Assembly: GCA_963823665.1 (NCBI GenBank)
Contig: CAWGMQ010000007.1
Location: forward strand, 480,001 to 544,000
DNA: 64,000 nucleotides
DNA from: an uncultured Planctomycetota bacterium
GTDB lineage: Bacteria; Planctomycetota; Planctomycetia; Isosphaerales; Isosphaeraceae
Direction: 5' to 3'
The notes under the pieces: model-generated
What the model saw: the letters and a program-made list of their open reading frames with translations, nothing else
Told to the model about the DNA's origin: nothing
The model's database searches: none
Shown: in pieces, positions 52,867-63,796 of the stretch
Position numbering within the stretch: the first letter of the stretch is position 1
How the letters are laid out: each line of letters opens with the position of its first letter
Translations under genes and position numbers: made by a program

Positions 52867-53623
52867 ATGCCGATGCCAGAAGGTGATGGACCCCTCGCGT
52901 GGGATTTTCGAACGCTACTCTTATGGTGGAACCTCTTCGCCTTGCCGGCGTTGCTCGTCGTCACTACGGTGTTCGTTGTGGTCCGGAACCGGCGGCTCGA
53001 CCGAAACAACCCCGCCGCCATCGATCTCGACGGCCGCCGGCTGGTCAAGATCGCTGCGCTCATTCATCTGGGAATCAGCGTTCAAGCTCTGGTGCGGCTC
53101 ATACAAGAGCTGCTCACGATGCGCGAGATGGGAGTCACCGAGTCGTTTGAAAATCTGGTCGGGCAAACGTGTTCGGTTATCGTCAATCCGCTCCTTGCTC
53201 TGGGTTTCTGGCGCGGCTGCGCGCAGCACGATGGATTGCAATCGCCGTGGTATGTCGCTCCTGTCGGTGATCAGCGTGATCGTGACGGGTTTTAACTCCC
53301 GATTTCCCACCGCACTCGACCCCATCTGGTGGGCCGATTACTTCGCCGGCAGGTTGATGCCGTTCTTCCTGCTCTTCGTGATGTTCCTACCTCGGGTGAA
53401 GCGCGTCTTCGCCCAGCCGAAAGTCAAGCCGGCCGCTGCCGTCGAGCAAGCTTCAAACGAACCGGCACCGGCCAGGAACGTGCGCTGGTCGATCATCTCG
53501 ATTCTCGCACTGTTATGCTTGATCGTGGTCTTCTCAAACCTCGCCGTCGATACCGCCGACTGGATCGAACGGTCGATCGCAGTGCCCGACGATCTGCCTT
53601 CCGGCCCGGGTGAGATTGAATAA
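52867..53623 (+). CDS. Membrane protein, frameshift near 53215
   Basis: Hydrophobic ORFs 52867-53295 and the tail of 52751-53623 join into one multi-TM protein. Confidence 0.6.
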
Positions 53624-53685
53624 CTTCGCCCGCGCGACGAACGCTTTTAGATACCATCGTCGGGTTTCGGAACAAGGATTGAACC

Positions 53686-56432
53686 ATGCCAAAGTCATCC
53701 CGTCGCGGTTTGCTCGCGCTCTTCTTGTGTATCACGCTGCTCGCTCGAGCCACGCAGGCGCAGACGGCATCCCAATCCGCACCGTTTAACCCGCCGGACG
53801 ACATCCAATTCCGGGCGGCCAGCATCATCAGCGAGGGCACGCGCATCGCGGCCGAGGTGTATTCCCTCAAGTCGCTCGACGGCAAGCGGCTGCCGACGAT
53901 CGTGCTCTGCCACGGCTGGGGAGGGACGGCCAAAGACCTCCGCCCGGAAGGAATCGCCTTCGCCCGGGCAGGATATCTCGTGGTCGCAATCGACTACCGG
54001 GGCTGGGGAGAAAGCGACGCCCGGCTGGTGCTGACCGGTCCGTCACCCAAGGAAAAGCCCAACCATCGCTTCACGGCCGAAGTGCAGGAAGTGCGCGAGG
54101 TGGTCGACCCGATCGACCAGACGACCGACCTGTTGAATGCGATCCACTGGGTCGCCGGCGATCCGCAGTGCGACCCGGCGCACATCGGTCTCTGGGGCTC
54201 GAGCTATTCGGGCGGCCACGTCGTTTATGCCGCGGCTCGCGACGAACGCGTCAAGGCGACCGTGAGCCAGGTGCCCGCGCTGGATTCACGCTGGGTGGTC
54301 TCAAACCCCAGATCAAAGCCCAGACATTCCGCGAGGCGACCCGGCGAGCCCGAGGCGAGATCGGCTATCCCGAGCCCGGCGCACGGGTCATCCAGGGCCT
54401 GCGCGGCGCACCGATCAGCGAGCGAATGATCAATTATGCACCCGTGGACGACGTCGAGAAGGCCCCGAACTGCGCCATGCTCTTCATCCTCGCGGAGAAG
54501 GAGGAGTACTTCAACAACAAGGACCACGGGTTGAAGGCATTCGAGCGAGCCAAGGGGCCCAAGAAGGTGGTCACGATCCCAGGCATCACTCACTACGGAA
54601 TCTACCTTCAAGCCAGGCCGCAGGCCCAGAAGCTCGCGATCGCGTGGTTCGACGAGCATTTGAAGGGTCAGAACCAGCCGCAGCAGCAGGAGAGCGATCA
54701 CTCAGGCGACTGGACGTCCTACAACGGCGACGTGCTCGGCACGCGGCATAACCGAGGCGAGCACGGCGCTCGATGCGGAAAACGCCGCGCGGCTCGAGCT
54801 CAAGTGGCGGTTCCCGGCGGAAGGCTCCGATCTACAGCTTGGCACCATTCATGCGACGCCGATCGTCGTCGCCGGCTACGTCTATTTCGGCACGGCCACG
54901 GACCCAGCATTCTACAAGCTGACGCCCGACGGCAAGATCCGCTGGGTTTATCGCAACCCCGCATACAAGTCGAGCAAGCCCTCTTCCGACCTGCGAAAAG
55001 GTGTTGCCCAGGGAGGCGAGCGATTTCAGTCCTCCGAGAACGGCGTGCTCGGCTCGGCTCTGGTTGAGGGAGACACGGTCTACTTCGGCGACGTCGGCGG
55101 GTGGTTTTGTGCCCTCGACCGCGCCGACTGGCGTCGAGCGCTGGCGCATCAATGCGCGTGGCAAGGAATTTCCCGGATCACACCCGATCAACGTGTTCAT
55201 GGCGTCGCCGATCATGGCCGACGGAAAGCTCATTGCGGCCGGTGGCACGCTCGAGCAGCTCGTCGCGGCGACGCCGTTCTATCGCGGCAGCACCGGCCGC
55301 GGTTTCGTGCTGGCGCTGGAGCCAAAGACCGGCCGCATCATCTGGAAGTACGACCTGGGCGAAAAACCCGAGCCCCTCGACCCCCCGATCACGATCACGG
55401 ATAGCTGGGGGCCGCACAAGTTCTATTACGGGCCGGGCACCAGCTCGATCTGGAGCACGCCGTCATTCGACGCCGAAACCGGGACGATCTTCTTTGGCAC
55501 GGACGTGAACACGGCCCCGAGGCGCCCGACCTCCGAGGATCCGCGGTCGTCAACGGGTGTCTCGTGCGCGATCGTCGCGGTCGACGTGAAGGACGGAAAA
55601 GAGCGCTGGGTGACCCAGATCAACCCCGGCGATGTGTGGACCAACTCGATGCGGTCCTACGACCCGAAGGAAGGCCGCTACAAGGATCAGTCCATCGGTG
55701 ACACGCCCAAGATCTACACGATCAACGTCGACGGCAAGCCGGTCAAGGTCGTCGGCGCCGGTTGCAAGAACGGCGGGCTTTTACGTTCTTCGAGCCTCCG
55801 ACGGCAAGATGCTCGACCACACACCGATCTACACAGGGCCGCCCGCTTTTCCGCTTTCTCCCGAGCCGGACAGGCGCATGCTTGCCCTGCCGAGCTGCAT
55901 CGGCGGCCTGCAGACTGGCTGTGCTATCGATGGACAAACCATCTTCACCAACGGGATTGATGCTCTGCTGCTCGGCTCGCAGGAAAAAGCGATCGCCAGC
56001 GGTGTTCCCCCGACGGCGGGACGGGTCGTGGCGATCTCCCTCGACACCAGCACCGAGCGCTGGCGTCACGAGCGGCCGAGGGTCGCCAAGGTTGGCGGCC
56101 CTCCGCCGAGGTCGGTCTACACCGACGTCGGCGACCCCGTTGCCTCGGGCATCGCGGTTGCCAACGGCGTCGTTTATTTCACAACGGTGGCCAGTGGAAA
56201 GCTCGTGGCGTTGAACGCGGCGACCGGCAGTCTGATCAAGGAGATCGACATCGGCCCAGTCTGGTCCGGCCCCTCGGTGTCTCGCGGCCGCGTCTACGTG
56301 GGAACCGGCAACACGCTCTTCAACCCAGGCAACTACGAGGCATTCTTCCCCAAAAAATACAGCGGCGTGCTCTACTCCTTCGGGCTGCCAGGCGAGGACG
56401 AAGTTAGCCGAATGGGCGCCGGCAAAGAATGA
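53686..56432 (+). CDS. Alpha/beta hydrolase fused to a PQQ-type beta-propeller; about four frameshifts
   Basis: Signal peptide, HGWGG, DYRGWGES, GSSYSG, THY, then in the same frame DWTSYNGD; tryptophan-docking repeats (TGRIIWKY, DGKERW, SIWSTP, GRVYVGTG). Confidence 0.75.
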
Positions 56433-56884
56433 CCATATTCCAGAAGTGCGAGGCTCCCGCCAAGCGGGAAATGCGGGCGCAATTTGCAACGCGCATGATA
56501 AACCCCCGATTCCGAATAACAAACCAGGCGTCTCAGCACGAATTCCGCCTTCTCGAACCGAAGAAACCCATCAAAGCATACCGACAATCGCATCATACCG
56601 CGCCAGATGCTCCGCCGGCGCAAACAGCGGCTGCGTGAAACGAAAGAGCGACTTTTGATCAAGACTCCACCCGATCTCCCCTGCGTGGTCGACCGGCCAG
56701 TCATCCAGATGCTCGCGTCCCGGGCGAAGCGCCGACGACCTGGTCACGACGCCGTCATTCAATTCCCCTCGAATCCGGCCGATCGCCGACGCAAGCTTGA
56801 AAAGCAACAACTGGTTGCTCTCTCGAGAGGCATCGCCGGCCACTTCGAAGTACGCGCACACCGCTTGAATCCGGCGTCGAATCA

Positions 56885-57355
56885 TCAAACTGGCACGACG
56901 ACCACGGTGGTCAAATCTCGCAGGCCTCCCGCATTCGCCTCGAGCAAGGCGACAAGAGGCTTGGGAATATAGGCAAAAAGCGGATCCGTGTGGTTGGCAA
57001 CAGCGTCAGCCACCGGTGACCCCCGATGCGGTGTACCGATCGTCACAAGCGTCTTCACCCGCGCGGCGACATTCGCGACGTTGCAGAGCGCATATCTCGC
57101 GTCGAGCCCCCCCATACTGTGCGCGATCACGTGCAACGGATTGTCAGACGGCGACACAGCCAGGATCGCCGCGGCAAGCTGCTGACCGCGCTGGGCAACT
57201 GATCCGACTGGATTCACCTGCGGGGCGATCACCGTGTGGCCCTGCTTTGTAAGATGCGCAGCAACCCCGTTGAAATAATTGAGCAGCGACGACACGCCAG
57301 GGATCGTTCCATATCCCAGAATTCCATGCGCGAGAATGATCGTGTGTTGTGCCAT
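56885..57355 (-). pseudogene. Triacylglycerol lipase-like alpha/beta hydrolase, C-terminally truncated
   Basis: LAHGILG, AHSMGGLDARY and TPHRGS motifs; ends after DLTT without the catalytic Asp/His region. Confidence 0.75.
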
Positions 57356-57399
57356 GTCATGCCATGCCGTTGCACGCGCTGCTGAGGTTACGGTCGCGG

Positions 57400-58356
57400 T
57401 TACAAACCTTTCGTTCCCGCGACATTCACACCGCTGCCGATGATGAGGTTGTGATGAAACGCCCAGTTGTACAGATTCCCATTCTTGGCCGGCTCCAGCT
57501 CCACCAGGTTTTCAAAGCCTTCTTCGTGGAACCAGCCTTTGAGTTCGTCAATGGTGTGGTGCGACTGATATCGCGGCGCGTACCAGTCGAAATTGTCGCA
57601 GACGCGCAACGTCCAGTCTGGGTGGCTGGAGAAGTTGGCGATTTTGTTAAGCGTGCGGTTCAAGATCGGGATGCTCCCCAGGGCACCCATGCCGGCGGAA
57701 ATGGGTTCGAGAACCCGCGCGGGCAAGCGCGTCGTCAAACTTCGCAAGCCCGAATTCAACCATTCCTGAGCCAGCACGTTCCGGCGATAAAGCCATACGG
57801 CGAGGCGGCCGCCCTGCTTGACCTTGCGGGCGATCTGTGCGAACGCCCGGCGCGGGTCCGGCGTATGGTGCAGAACCCCGATCGAGTAAACCAGGTCGAA
57901 CGCGTCATCGGCCAGCGCAAGGTCAAGAAGATCGGCCTGGAGGATGGCCACATTCGGCAGGCCCTGGCACAGCCGCGACGCTCTCACGACGGCGGAGCTC
58001 AAGTCGACGCCGATGACCTTGGCGCCGTGAGACCCGACCAGGCGGGCATATCGCCCCCCGCCGCAGCCCGCATCGAGAACGAGGTGGCCGGCGAGGTCCG
58101 CCGACGTGACGCCCGTCTTGACCAGAAACGTTGCCTCGTCTTCTTCCGGCCGGACAACATCATAGCGATTCCACTGCCGGCCGAAGCTGGCGGAATAAGA
58201 TTCAAGCTCGCCAGCCAGACGAGGAATTCCATCGACGACCGGCACCACCGTACGACAATCGAGGCAGAGCATGCCGTCCCGTGATTCACTCGTGATCGTG
58301 AGTGAGCCTGTTCGGCACTTGGGACACCGCAAAAAGCGAAGCAGCTCAGATTCCAT
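57400..58356 (-). CDS. Class I SAM methyltransferase with Trm112-like Zn-binding N-terminus
   Basis: CPKC...CLDC...VDGIPR, SFGRQW, VLDAGCGGGR and GVLHHTP motifs. Confidence 0.9.
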   Translation of the reverse strand: MESELLRFLRCPKCRTGSLTITSESRDGMLCLDCRTVVPVVDGIPRLAGELESYSASFGRQWNRYDVVRPEEDEATFLVKTGVTSADLAGHLVLDAGCGGGRYARLVGSHGAKVIGVDLSSAVVRASRLCQGLPNVAILQADLLDLALADDAFDLVYSIGVLHHTPDPRRAFAQIARKVKQGGRLAVWLYRRNVLAQEWLNSGLRSLTTRLPARVLEPISAGMGALGSIPILNRTLNKIANFSSHPDWTLRVCDNFDWYAPRYQSHHTIDELKGWFHEEGFENLVELEPAKNGNLYNWAFHHNLIIGSGVNVAGTKGL

Positions 58357-58557
58357 GATCAGGTCGTACTCATCCTCGTTTCCGTCCGTCGTTCTGGTTA
58401 CTCTACGATAGCAGACAACTGGGCGGGTGGACGACCTTCGGCTGCGAGTCAGTCGCTGATCTCGACTCATGGACACGGGCCAAGCAAATGATGAAGCGTG
58501 TTTGCCTTGGCATCCTCACACTCGCGATCGTTGTTTTCCGCACAAGCGAGCTCGCCG

Positions 58558-59154
58558 ATGGATGACATCGACCACATCTTTGAGCGCCTTGGGCGTTCGC
58601 GCTTTCGAAGCCGGTTTCGCCTGCGAGCGAAGGAACGCGAGTACCTGGAGCGCAAGGGGCTCGACGTGATCCTCGATCACGGACGAGACTTCATTGAAAA
58701 GCGGCTCGCGCCGGCAGAACCGGAAAACGACGGCCGTCAAACGCCGATGAGGAACCATCCTGTGTTCGTCGCCCAGCACGCGACGGCTACCTGTTGCCGT
58801 GGGTGCCTCGAGAAATGGCACGGCATTCCCAAGGGCAGGCTATTGTCGACGCAAGAGAAAGCACACATATTGGCTGCGATCAGCCGCTGGTTGCGCACGG
58901 GCTCAGCGACTAAGGAGGTCACGATCGACGATGGCGAAATTGACTCACCGCACTACGCAGCATGCCGTTGCTCAACCCGCAGCAGGTCATGTACAGATTC
59001 GAAGTCAGCACGCCCTTCGCACAAAAACGCGTCGAAGTCGAGCTCCAACTCCGCCGGATGCACCCGGCTGGCCTCGATGTTCGCTCTGTGGTTGTCGAAA
59101 GCCCAGGACATCACCAAGATCGACGTGCAAGTCAGCAGAATGTTCAACAGATAG
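58558..59154 (+). CDS. DUF4186 family protein (C-terminal extension doubtful)
   Basis: SRFRSRFRL, NDGRQTPMRNHPVFVAQHATATCCRGCLEKWH; the conserved part ends near 58900. Confidence 0.85.
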   Translation: MDDIDHIFERLGRSRFRSRFRLRAKEREYLERKGLDVILDHGRDFIEKRLAPAEPENDGRQTPMRNHPVFVAQHATATCCRGCLEKWHGIPKGRLLSTQEKAHILAAISRWLRTGSATKEVTIDDGEIDSPHYAACRCSTRSRSCTDSKSARPSHKNASKSSSNSAGCTRLASMFALWLSKAQDITKIDVQVSRMFNR

Positions 59155-59160
59155 AACCCA

Positions 59161-60714
59161 GCCTCCTCAGCAGAATCTGTGGGTAAATTCTGGCTCAGGC
59201 AGGGCGCCAAGGCTGTGATACAAGGCGTTTTTCACTGCATCGAACGTCCGAAAACCGTACGCCTTTCTCGTCGTCAATTTCACCTTGTTGTTCAGGCCCT
59301 CTGCAATGCCTGCGGAAATCGTCCCACGGGCCTTGAACCAATTCAGGATCAATTCTTCATGGCTGCGAAGCCTTCGAGCCACTTTCTTCATTGGCTCGAT
59401 CTTTGATCGCATCGTCCTGGTGCACCACTCGTGCAGAAATCGACTCGCCCAGCCGTGATATTGGTAAGTCCAGAAACGCTGAAAATCCTCCCGCAAAAGA
59501 TAGCTTCTCACGGACTTTAGGTTGTACTGCACCAGTTCGGCCAATCTCACGGTCTGCTTCTTTGTTAGGTTCTCCGGCCGCTTCAGCAGGCACCATCGCG
59601 CCCGTTTCAGGACTGGCTCGTAGCCATCTCGCTTCAGCCGGCGCGCTTCCTCGGCACGTACTTCGTCGATCGCCTTATTCATCGCTTGCATGATGTGAAA
59701 GCGGTCGAGCACGTGGATCGCGCCAGAAACCTCTTGGGCCAGCACGTTGAGGTACGGTTTCCACATATCGCTGCATAGATAGCGGATCGAGTTCTTGGTC
59801 TCGTCGGTTATGGTTTGGAAAAAGCCACGCAGGCTTTCCTCCGTCCGGTCCAACCCAATCCAGAGCAACCGCCTGAACCCAGCGTCAATCTGGTAAACCA
59901 GCGTCAGGTAATGATGGCCCCTTTGCCACTGCACTTCGTCTACAGCGATGGCCTTGATTCCGGTCATCGTCCGTCTCGCCAAGCCCCATGCGACTGCATA
60001 CTCGACCGAGCGGTACACAGTTTCCCAGGTAGTATGGAATATCAAGGCGACTTCCAGCCACGAGAGCCGCTTGGCCCAACCGGCTAGAAACCATCGGTAG
60101 GCCGTAGTCACCGGGCTCTTGCCGTCACTCCACGGGACCTCTTCGACGATCACACCGCACTTCGGGCAGTCAACGCGCCTCATTGCGTAGACAAAGAACA
60201 CAGCGATCTGCCAGAGCGGCACGAACTCGAACCTTCGTACAGGTAGTTGATCATACCCGGCTCGCTTACGGTGGCACCCGGAGCAAACAGCTCGGCTGTT
60301 GCGGCGGGCTTCAATTTCTACCTCCAAGGCAAGTTGCTTTCCTTTCGAGACCAAACTTACCTTGCCGTACACGAAGGACTTTTGCGGTGCAATGCGATTG
60401 AGGATAGTCTTGAGGAGCATCGTGTGGGGCCTCTCGATTGGGATGGTCTTGGTAACCCTTCCCTAACCGACGGCCGCGCACGATGCACTACCCTACCTTC
60501 TTCAAAAAAACCTTTCTCAAGAACGAGTCCGCGAAGAGCTATTTAAAACTGAACCATCAAATGTGAACTTCGCCTACCCCTCCCGCCTTCACCTTCGCTT
60601 CGCCCTCAACCTAGCAGGGCGGACCGAATGTGAAGGTGGGAGGGAGAACCCTCCTGTCGAGCCCGAGCCGAGCCGCTGCATCGTTTTTCAACCCACAAAT
60701 TCTGCCGAAGACCC
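59161..60714 (-). mobile_element. ISL3 family insertion sequence
   Basis: Imperfect terminal IRs GCCTCCTCAGCAGAATCTGTGGGT / GGGTCTTCGGCAGAATTTGTGGGT; near-duplicated flanks GAACCCA / GAAACCA. Confidence 0.88.
59167..60420 (-). CDS. ISL3 transposase
   Basis: CSGC/CPKC zinc finger, AVDE, CSDMWKPY, DRFHI and EGLNNKVK...AYGFR motifs. Confidence 0.96.
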   Translation of the reverse strand: MLLKTILNRIAPQKSFVYGKVSLVSKGKQLALEVEIEARRNSRAVCSGCHRKRAGYDQLPVRRFEFVPLWQIAVFFVYAMRRVDCPKCGVIVEEVPWSDGKSPVTTAYRWFLAGWAKRLSWLEVALIFHTTWETVYRSVEYAVAWGLARRTMTGIKAIAVDEVQWQRGHHYLTLVYQIDAGFRRLLWIGLDRTEESLRGFFQTITDETKNSIRYLCSDMWKPYLNVLAQEVSGAIHVLDRFHIMQAMNKAIDEVRAEEARRLKRDGYEPVLKRARWCLLKRPENLTKKQTVRLAELVQYNLKSVRSYLLREDFQRFWTYQYHGWASRFLHEWCTRTMRSKIEPMKKVARRLRSHEELILNWFKARGTISAGIAEGLNNKVKLTTRKAYGFRTFDAVKNALYHSLGALPEPEFTHRFC

Positions 60715-60889
60715 GAAACCAAAGGTGCGAGCATCTGAGAAGCCTCCCCGCGAATTGGACCTCCGGCAGCCTACGGCGGATCCCCCTCTGGTGGGCATTT
60801 CAATCCGCTGAGCGTCGTCTGTCATGAATGATCCTACGCGGCGAAGTTAAGACCACGGTGAAGCGAACATAAAATCCTCTTCATCTCGC

Positions 60890-61111
60890 TTACGCAGCAC
60901 CACGCGTATCAACCCAAAGCACGTCATACACGGATTCGAAGTCTGACCGCCGGTCGCGCGGCATCAAGTCGCGGCCGAGTTGCAAATCCGCCGGACGAAA
61001 CGGGCCGGCCTCGATCGCCGCTTGGTGGGTCTCGTAGGCCCAAGAGATCAAATACATCCCCGTGCATGCGAGCAGTATGGTCAATAGACCGAATCCCAAC
61101 GGTGCGAGCAT
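60890..61111 (-). CDS. Small membrane-anchored protein, intact tandem copy
   Basis: 73 aa MLAPLGFGLLTILL...; GGAGG RBS; upstream region duplicated (60722-60885 versus 61099-61262). Confidence 0.7.
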   Translation of the reverse strand: MLAPLGFGLLTILLACTGMYLISWAYETHQAAIEAGPFRPADLQLGRDLMPRDRRSDFESVYDVLWVDTRGAA

Positions 61112-61564
61112 TTGAGAAGCCTCCCCGCGAGTTCGACTCCTGGCCGCCGGTGGCGGATCCGCCCGTGATGGGCATTTCAATCCGCTGGGCGTCGACTGTC
61201 ATGAATAACCATACGCGGTGAAGTTAAGAGCACGGTGAAGCGGAGATAAAATCCTCTTCATCATGCGTCCAAAACGCGCACCAGAAGGCTATCTCTGCCG
61301 CAAGTCGTTGCTGCCAGCTCAGTTGGGTTCTGGCCACGGCCGCGTTCATCCGGCGCGTGCGTGACACAGATGAAGCTCAAGATTTTGGAGAAACCTCATT
61401 TCGTCACGTCAAATCAACCGGAGCCGGACACGAGCGCCCGGGCAAGGAACTTTCCGGTATCCGTCGCGCCCGCCTCGGGCGATGCTCACCCATGACGTGC
61501 GTGCAGCCTTGACTCGGGTACCTGTTTGATGCACGCTTTGAATACGTACGCGGAGAATCTCGTC

Positions 61565-61840
61565 GTGCCTCGAGCACCCGTTGATGACGACCGAGTGGCT
61601 TTGCGGGTCAGGCCGGCCGACAAGGCCATGATCGTGCGCGCTGCCGCCCTGGCGCAAACGGACATGACCACGTTCATCCTACGCACCGTGCTGCGGGAAG
61701 CGGAGTCAGTGATCAAAGAACATGAGCGAATCAAGCTCTCAGTCCGTGACAGCAAGCTCGCGATGGACCTGCTGGAAAACCCCCCTCCACCCAATGCAAA
61801 GCTGCTAAAAGCCGCACGCGCGATGCTGCGACGCTCATGA
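61565..61840 (+). CDS. DUF1778 (TacA-like) RHH antitoxin
   Basis: RVALRV..DKAMIVRAAAL...TTFI...LSVRD...LLENPPPPNAKL. Confidence 0.9.
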   Translation: MPRAPVDDDRVALRVRPADKAMIVRAAALAQTDMTTFILRTVLREAESVIKEHERIKLSVRDSKLAMDLLENPPPPNAKLLKAARAMLRRS

Positions 61841-61863
61841 CTCTGCCCGCCTGGCATGAAGAG
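61837..61863 (+). pseudogene. 5' stub of the cognate GNAT toxin
   Basis: ATGA overlap, then MTLPAWHEE; no HDR..FDCG or later GNAT motifs follow. Confidence 0.6.
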
Positions 61864-61931
61864 AGACGCGATCGTTTGCCACTCCCCCGCCGGGCACCCG
61901 CAGCGTGCAGAGTGCGCCCGGCGGGTGAAGG

Positions 61932-62387
61932 TCAACCCTGACTGCCAGCTTGCTGTTTTTCCGTCGTCGCCTTCCATTCCTGGAATCGTTGGTCGAGCAC
62001 AGGCTTGATGCGCTCGAAGTTCTCCCAGGTATCGGCGACGTGGTAGAGATACGGGAGATCTGCGCCAAGGGTCTTCTCGTAATCGCCGAGAAACTGGCCT
62101 GTTTCGAGCTCGAAGTATTCCTGAGCGAACGCATTTCTCTCATCGTTCAGGTCGTCGTCAGTGAATTTGCCGTCACAGACATTGACGAAGAAGGCCCCGG
62201 GTGTCACCGTTCGAGACCGCAGTTGCTCGAGCTCGTCCGGCAAGTCAACCACATAATCTTCGCCCGCAAGTCCGGACAGCAGCGCCCAGGCAAGAAACAT
62301 TCCGGTATGCGTCCCGCCTGCCTCGATCGGCAAGTCCTTGGGAAAATCCCCACCGTAGTGCCATGATACATCGTCATATTTGGTCAT
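61932..62387 (-). CDS. Conserved hypothetical acidic protein, possibly immunity-like
   Basis: KYDDVSWHYGGDFP, THTGMFLAW and CDGKF..DDL motifs. Confidence 0.75.
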   Translation of the reverse strand: MTKYDDVSWHYGGDFPKDLPIEAGGTHTGMFLAWALLSGLAGEDYVVDLPDELEQLRSRTVTPGAFFVNVCDGKFTDDDLNDERNAFAQEYFELETGQFLGDYEKTLGADLPYLYHVADTWENFERIKPVLDQRFQEWKATTEKQQAGSQG

Positions 62388-62477
62388 CAGAATCACTTGG
62401 GATGATCTCGAGCTGGGTGCAGGAAGCCATTCACAATGCCCGGTCGAATCGCCGCCCCCGGAATCGAAAAAAGCCAT

Positions 62478-62782
62478 TCAGGCAGGCCTTGATCGCCGGG
62501 GAGCAGGTTTCTTCGTTTCCTTGACGCCCGGCACATCTTTCCAGAACTCGTCGCCAGGGATTCCGGTCCCGGCGCCTCAATCCGACGTCGGGCGGCCGCC
62601 AGGATTTCCTGGAGTCGCGGCGAATGGGCCATCAACAGGCGCTCCGGTTCATCATCATCGCTTACGGCCAGAAGCACCGCGGTGGGCTTGCCATCGCGGA
62701 TGACCATGACAGGCCCCCGCTTGGTAGCCCGGAGGTAAGCGCTGAAATGTGCCTTCACATCCGCCACCGAAGCGATTTTCAT
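62478..62782 (-). CDS. Phd/YefM antitoxin, frameshift near 62575
   Basis: MKIASVADVKAHFSAYL...GPVMVIRDGKPTAVL; the GIPGDEFW tail is in a shifted frame. Confidence 0.85.
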
Positions 62783-62829
62783 AGCTCCAACTCTTCTCCG
62801 CCCTTGATGAGACGATTCCTTGCCTTTAT
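62779..62829 (-). pseudogene. 3' stub of a RelE-like toxin
   Basis: IKARNRLIKGGEELEL* with ATGA overlap onto the Phd gene; the rest of the gene is absent. Confidence 0.55.
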
Positions 62830-62871
62830 CGTCGCGGGTGCAAGCTCGCGTCAATCGCGTAGACTTGCCGC

Positions 62872-63291
62872 TCAGATCGACCAGTCCTCGACGATCAGCC
62901 CAGGGATTCGGCCAAAGTCACGGCGGTTGCGCGTAACGACCACCGCTCCGTTCTCACGGGCGATCGCGCCGATGCGCAGATCCATAAGGCGGACATTGAG
63001 ATGGAGGGTCTTGAGTTGCGCTGTCCGCGCGATGGCGGATTCGGTGTAAGGGAGTACGCGCCACTTCGCCAAGCGCGGGACTGCCTCCCCGAGATGCGCG
63101 TAGGCTCGTGCGACCTGTTCCGGTCGGCGGGCTTGACGGGTCAGCGTGTACCATCCCGTGAGTTGCTCGTCGACGGTCATGATTGAAATCGCCAACTCAC
63201 CGGGCGGCCTGGCACCAATTCGCCGCACGACTGCGGCATCGCCATGGTAGAACAGAGTCAGATGGTCCGTATCGAGGACGAAGAGGCTCAC
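62872..63291 (-). CDS. VapC/PIN domain toxin
   Basis: FVLDTDHL, TVDEQ, MDLRIGAIA and VTRNRRDF..IPGL.VEDW motifs. Confidence 0.93.
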   Translation of the reverse strand: MSLFVLDTDHLTLFYHGDAAVVRRIGARPPGELAISIMTVDEQLTGWYTLTRQARRPEQVARAYAHLGEAVPRLAKWRVLPYTESAIARTAQLKTLHLNVRLMDLRIGAIARENGAVVVTRNRRDFGRIPGLIVEDWSI

Positions 63292-63593
63292 AACGCCTCG
63301 GGATCTTCATCCAGCTTGCGACGGTATTCTTCCATCGCTTCACGCCAGGGCTCGTACAGCGGTTCGTCACGCAGGTAGCCGGCATCCGGCATCCAGCTAG
63401 CAGAGCCAGGAGTCAAGTTCAGCTCAGTCAGCATCGCTCCCGCGGTCACACGCGCCCGTACTTGTTCGGCGAGGCGGTCGATGGCTTCCACTGCCGTCGC
63501 GCCCTCGGCTGTGAGGCCGACCGAAAGCCCGCCCGCCCCTGTGGCGCGATACCCGTTACCGGCGACCGTTTCGATGATGACAGGTATTTCCAT
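63288..63593 (-). CDS. Putative antitoxin for the PIN toxin
   Basis: 4-bp overlap with vapC; AEGATAVEAI (HicB-like) N-terminus and W..AMEEYRR tail. Confidence 0.75.
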   Translation of the reverse strand: MEIPVIIETVAGNGYRATGAGGLSVGLTAEGATAVEAIDRLAEQVRARVTAGAMLTELNLTPGSASWMPDAGYLRDEPLYEPWREAMEEYRRKLDEDPEAL

Positions 63594-63796
63594 GGAGGGC
63601 ACTCCGTCTGTAATCACCACGACTACGATATTCTAACCGGAAGTAAATGGGCCTGAAAGAGAACCGCGCTGGACGAACCGGACCTCATCCTGCTGGGTGG
63701 GCGGTCCACTCGAAGCCCTGATGACCGACCTCGACAATGCCGAAGGCACGGCCCACCGTACGAATTCGCGTTTGGGTTCGTGTTGTCCGGCTCCGC

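Larger units (their letters stand above)
58953..60734 (-). pseudogene. Small membrane protein gene split by ISL3 (paralogue of 60890-61111)
   Basis: MLAPL at 60734-60720 and FYLLNILL...DFESVHDLL...AA at 59160-58953. Confidence 0.78.
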
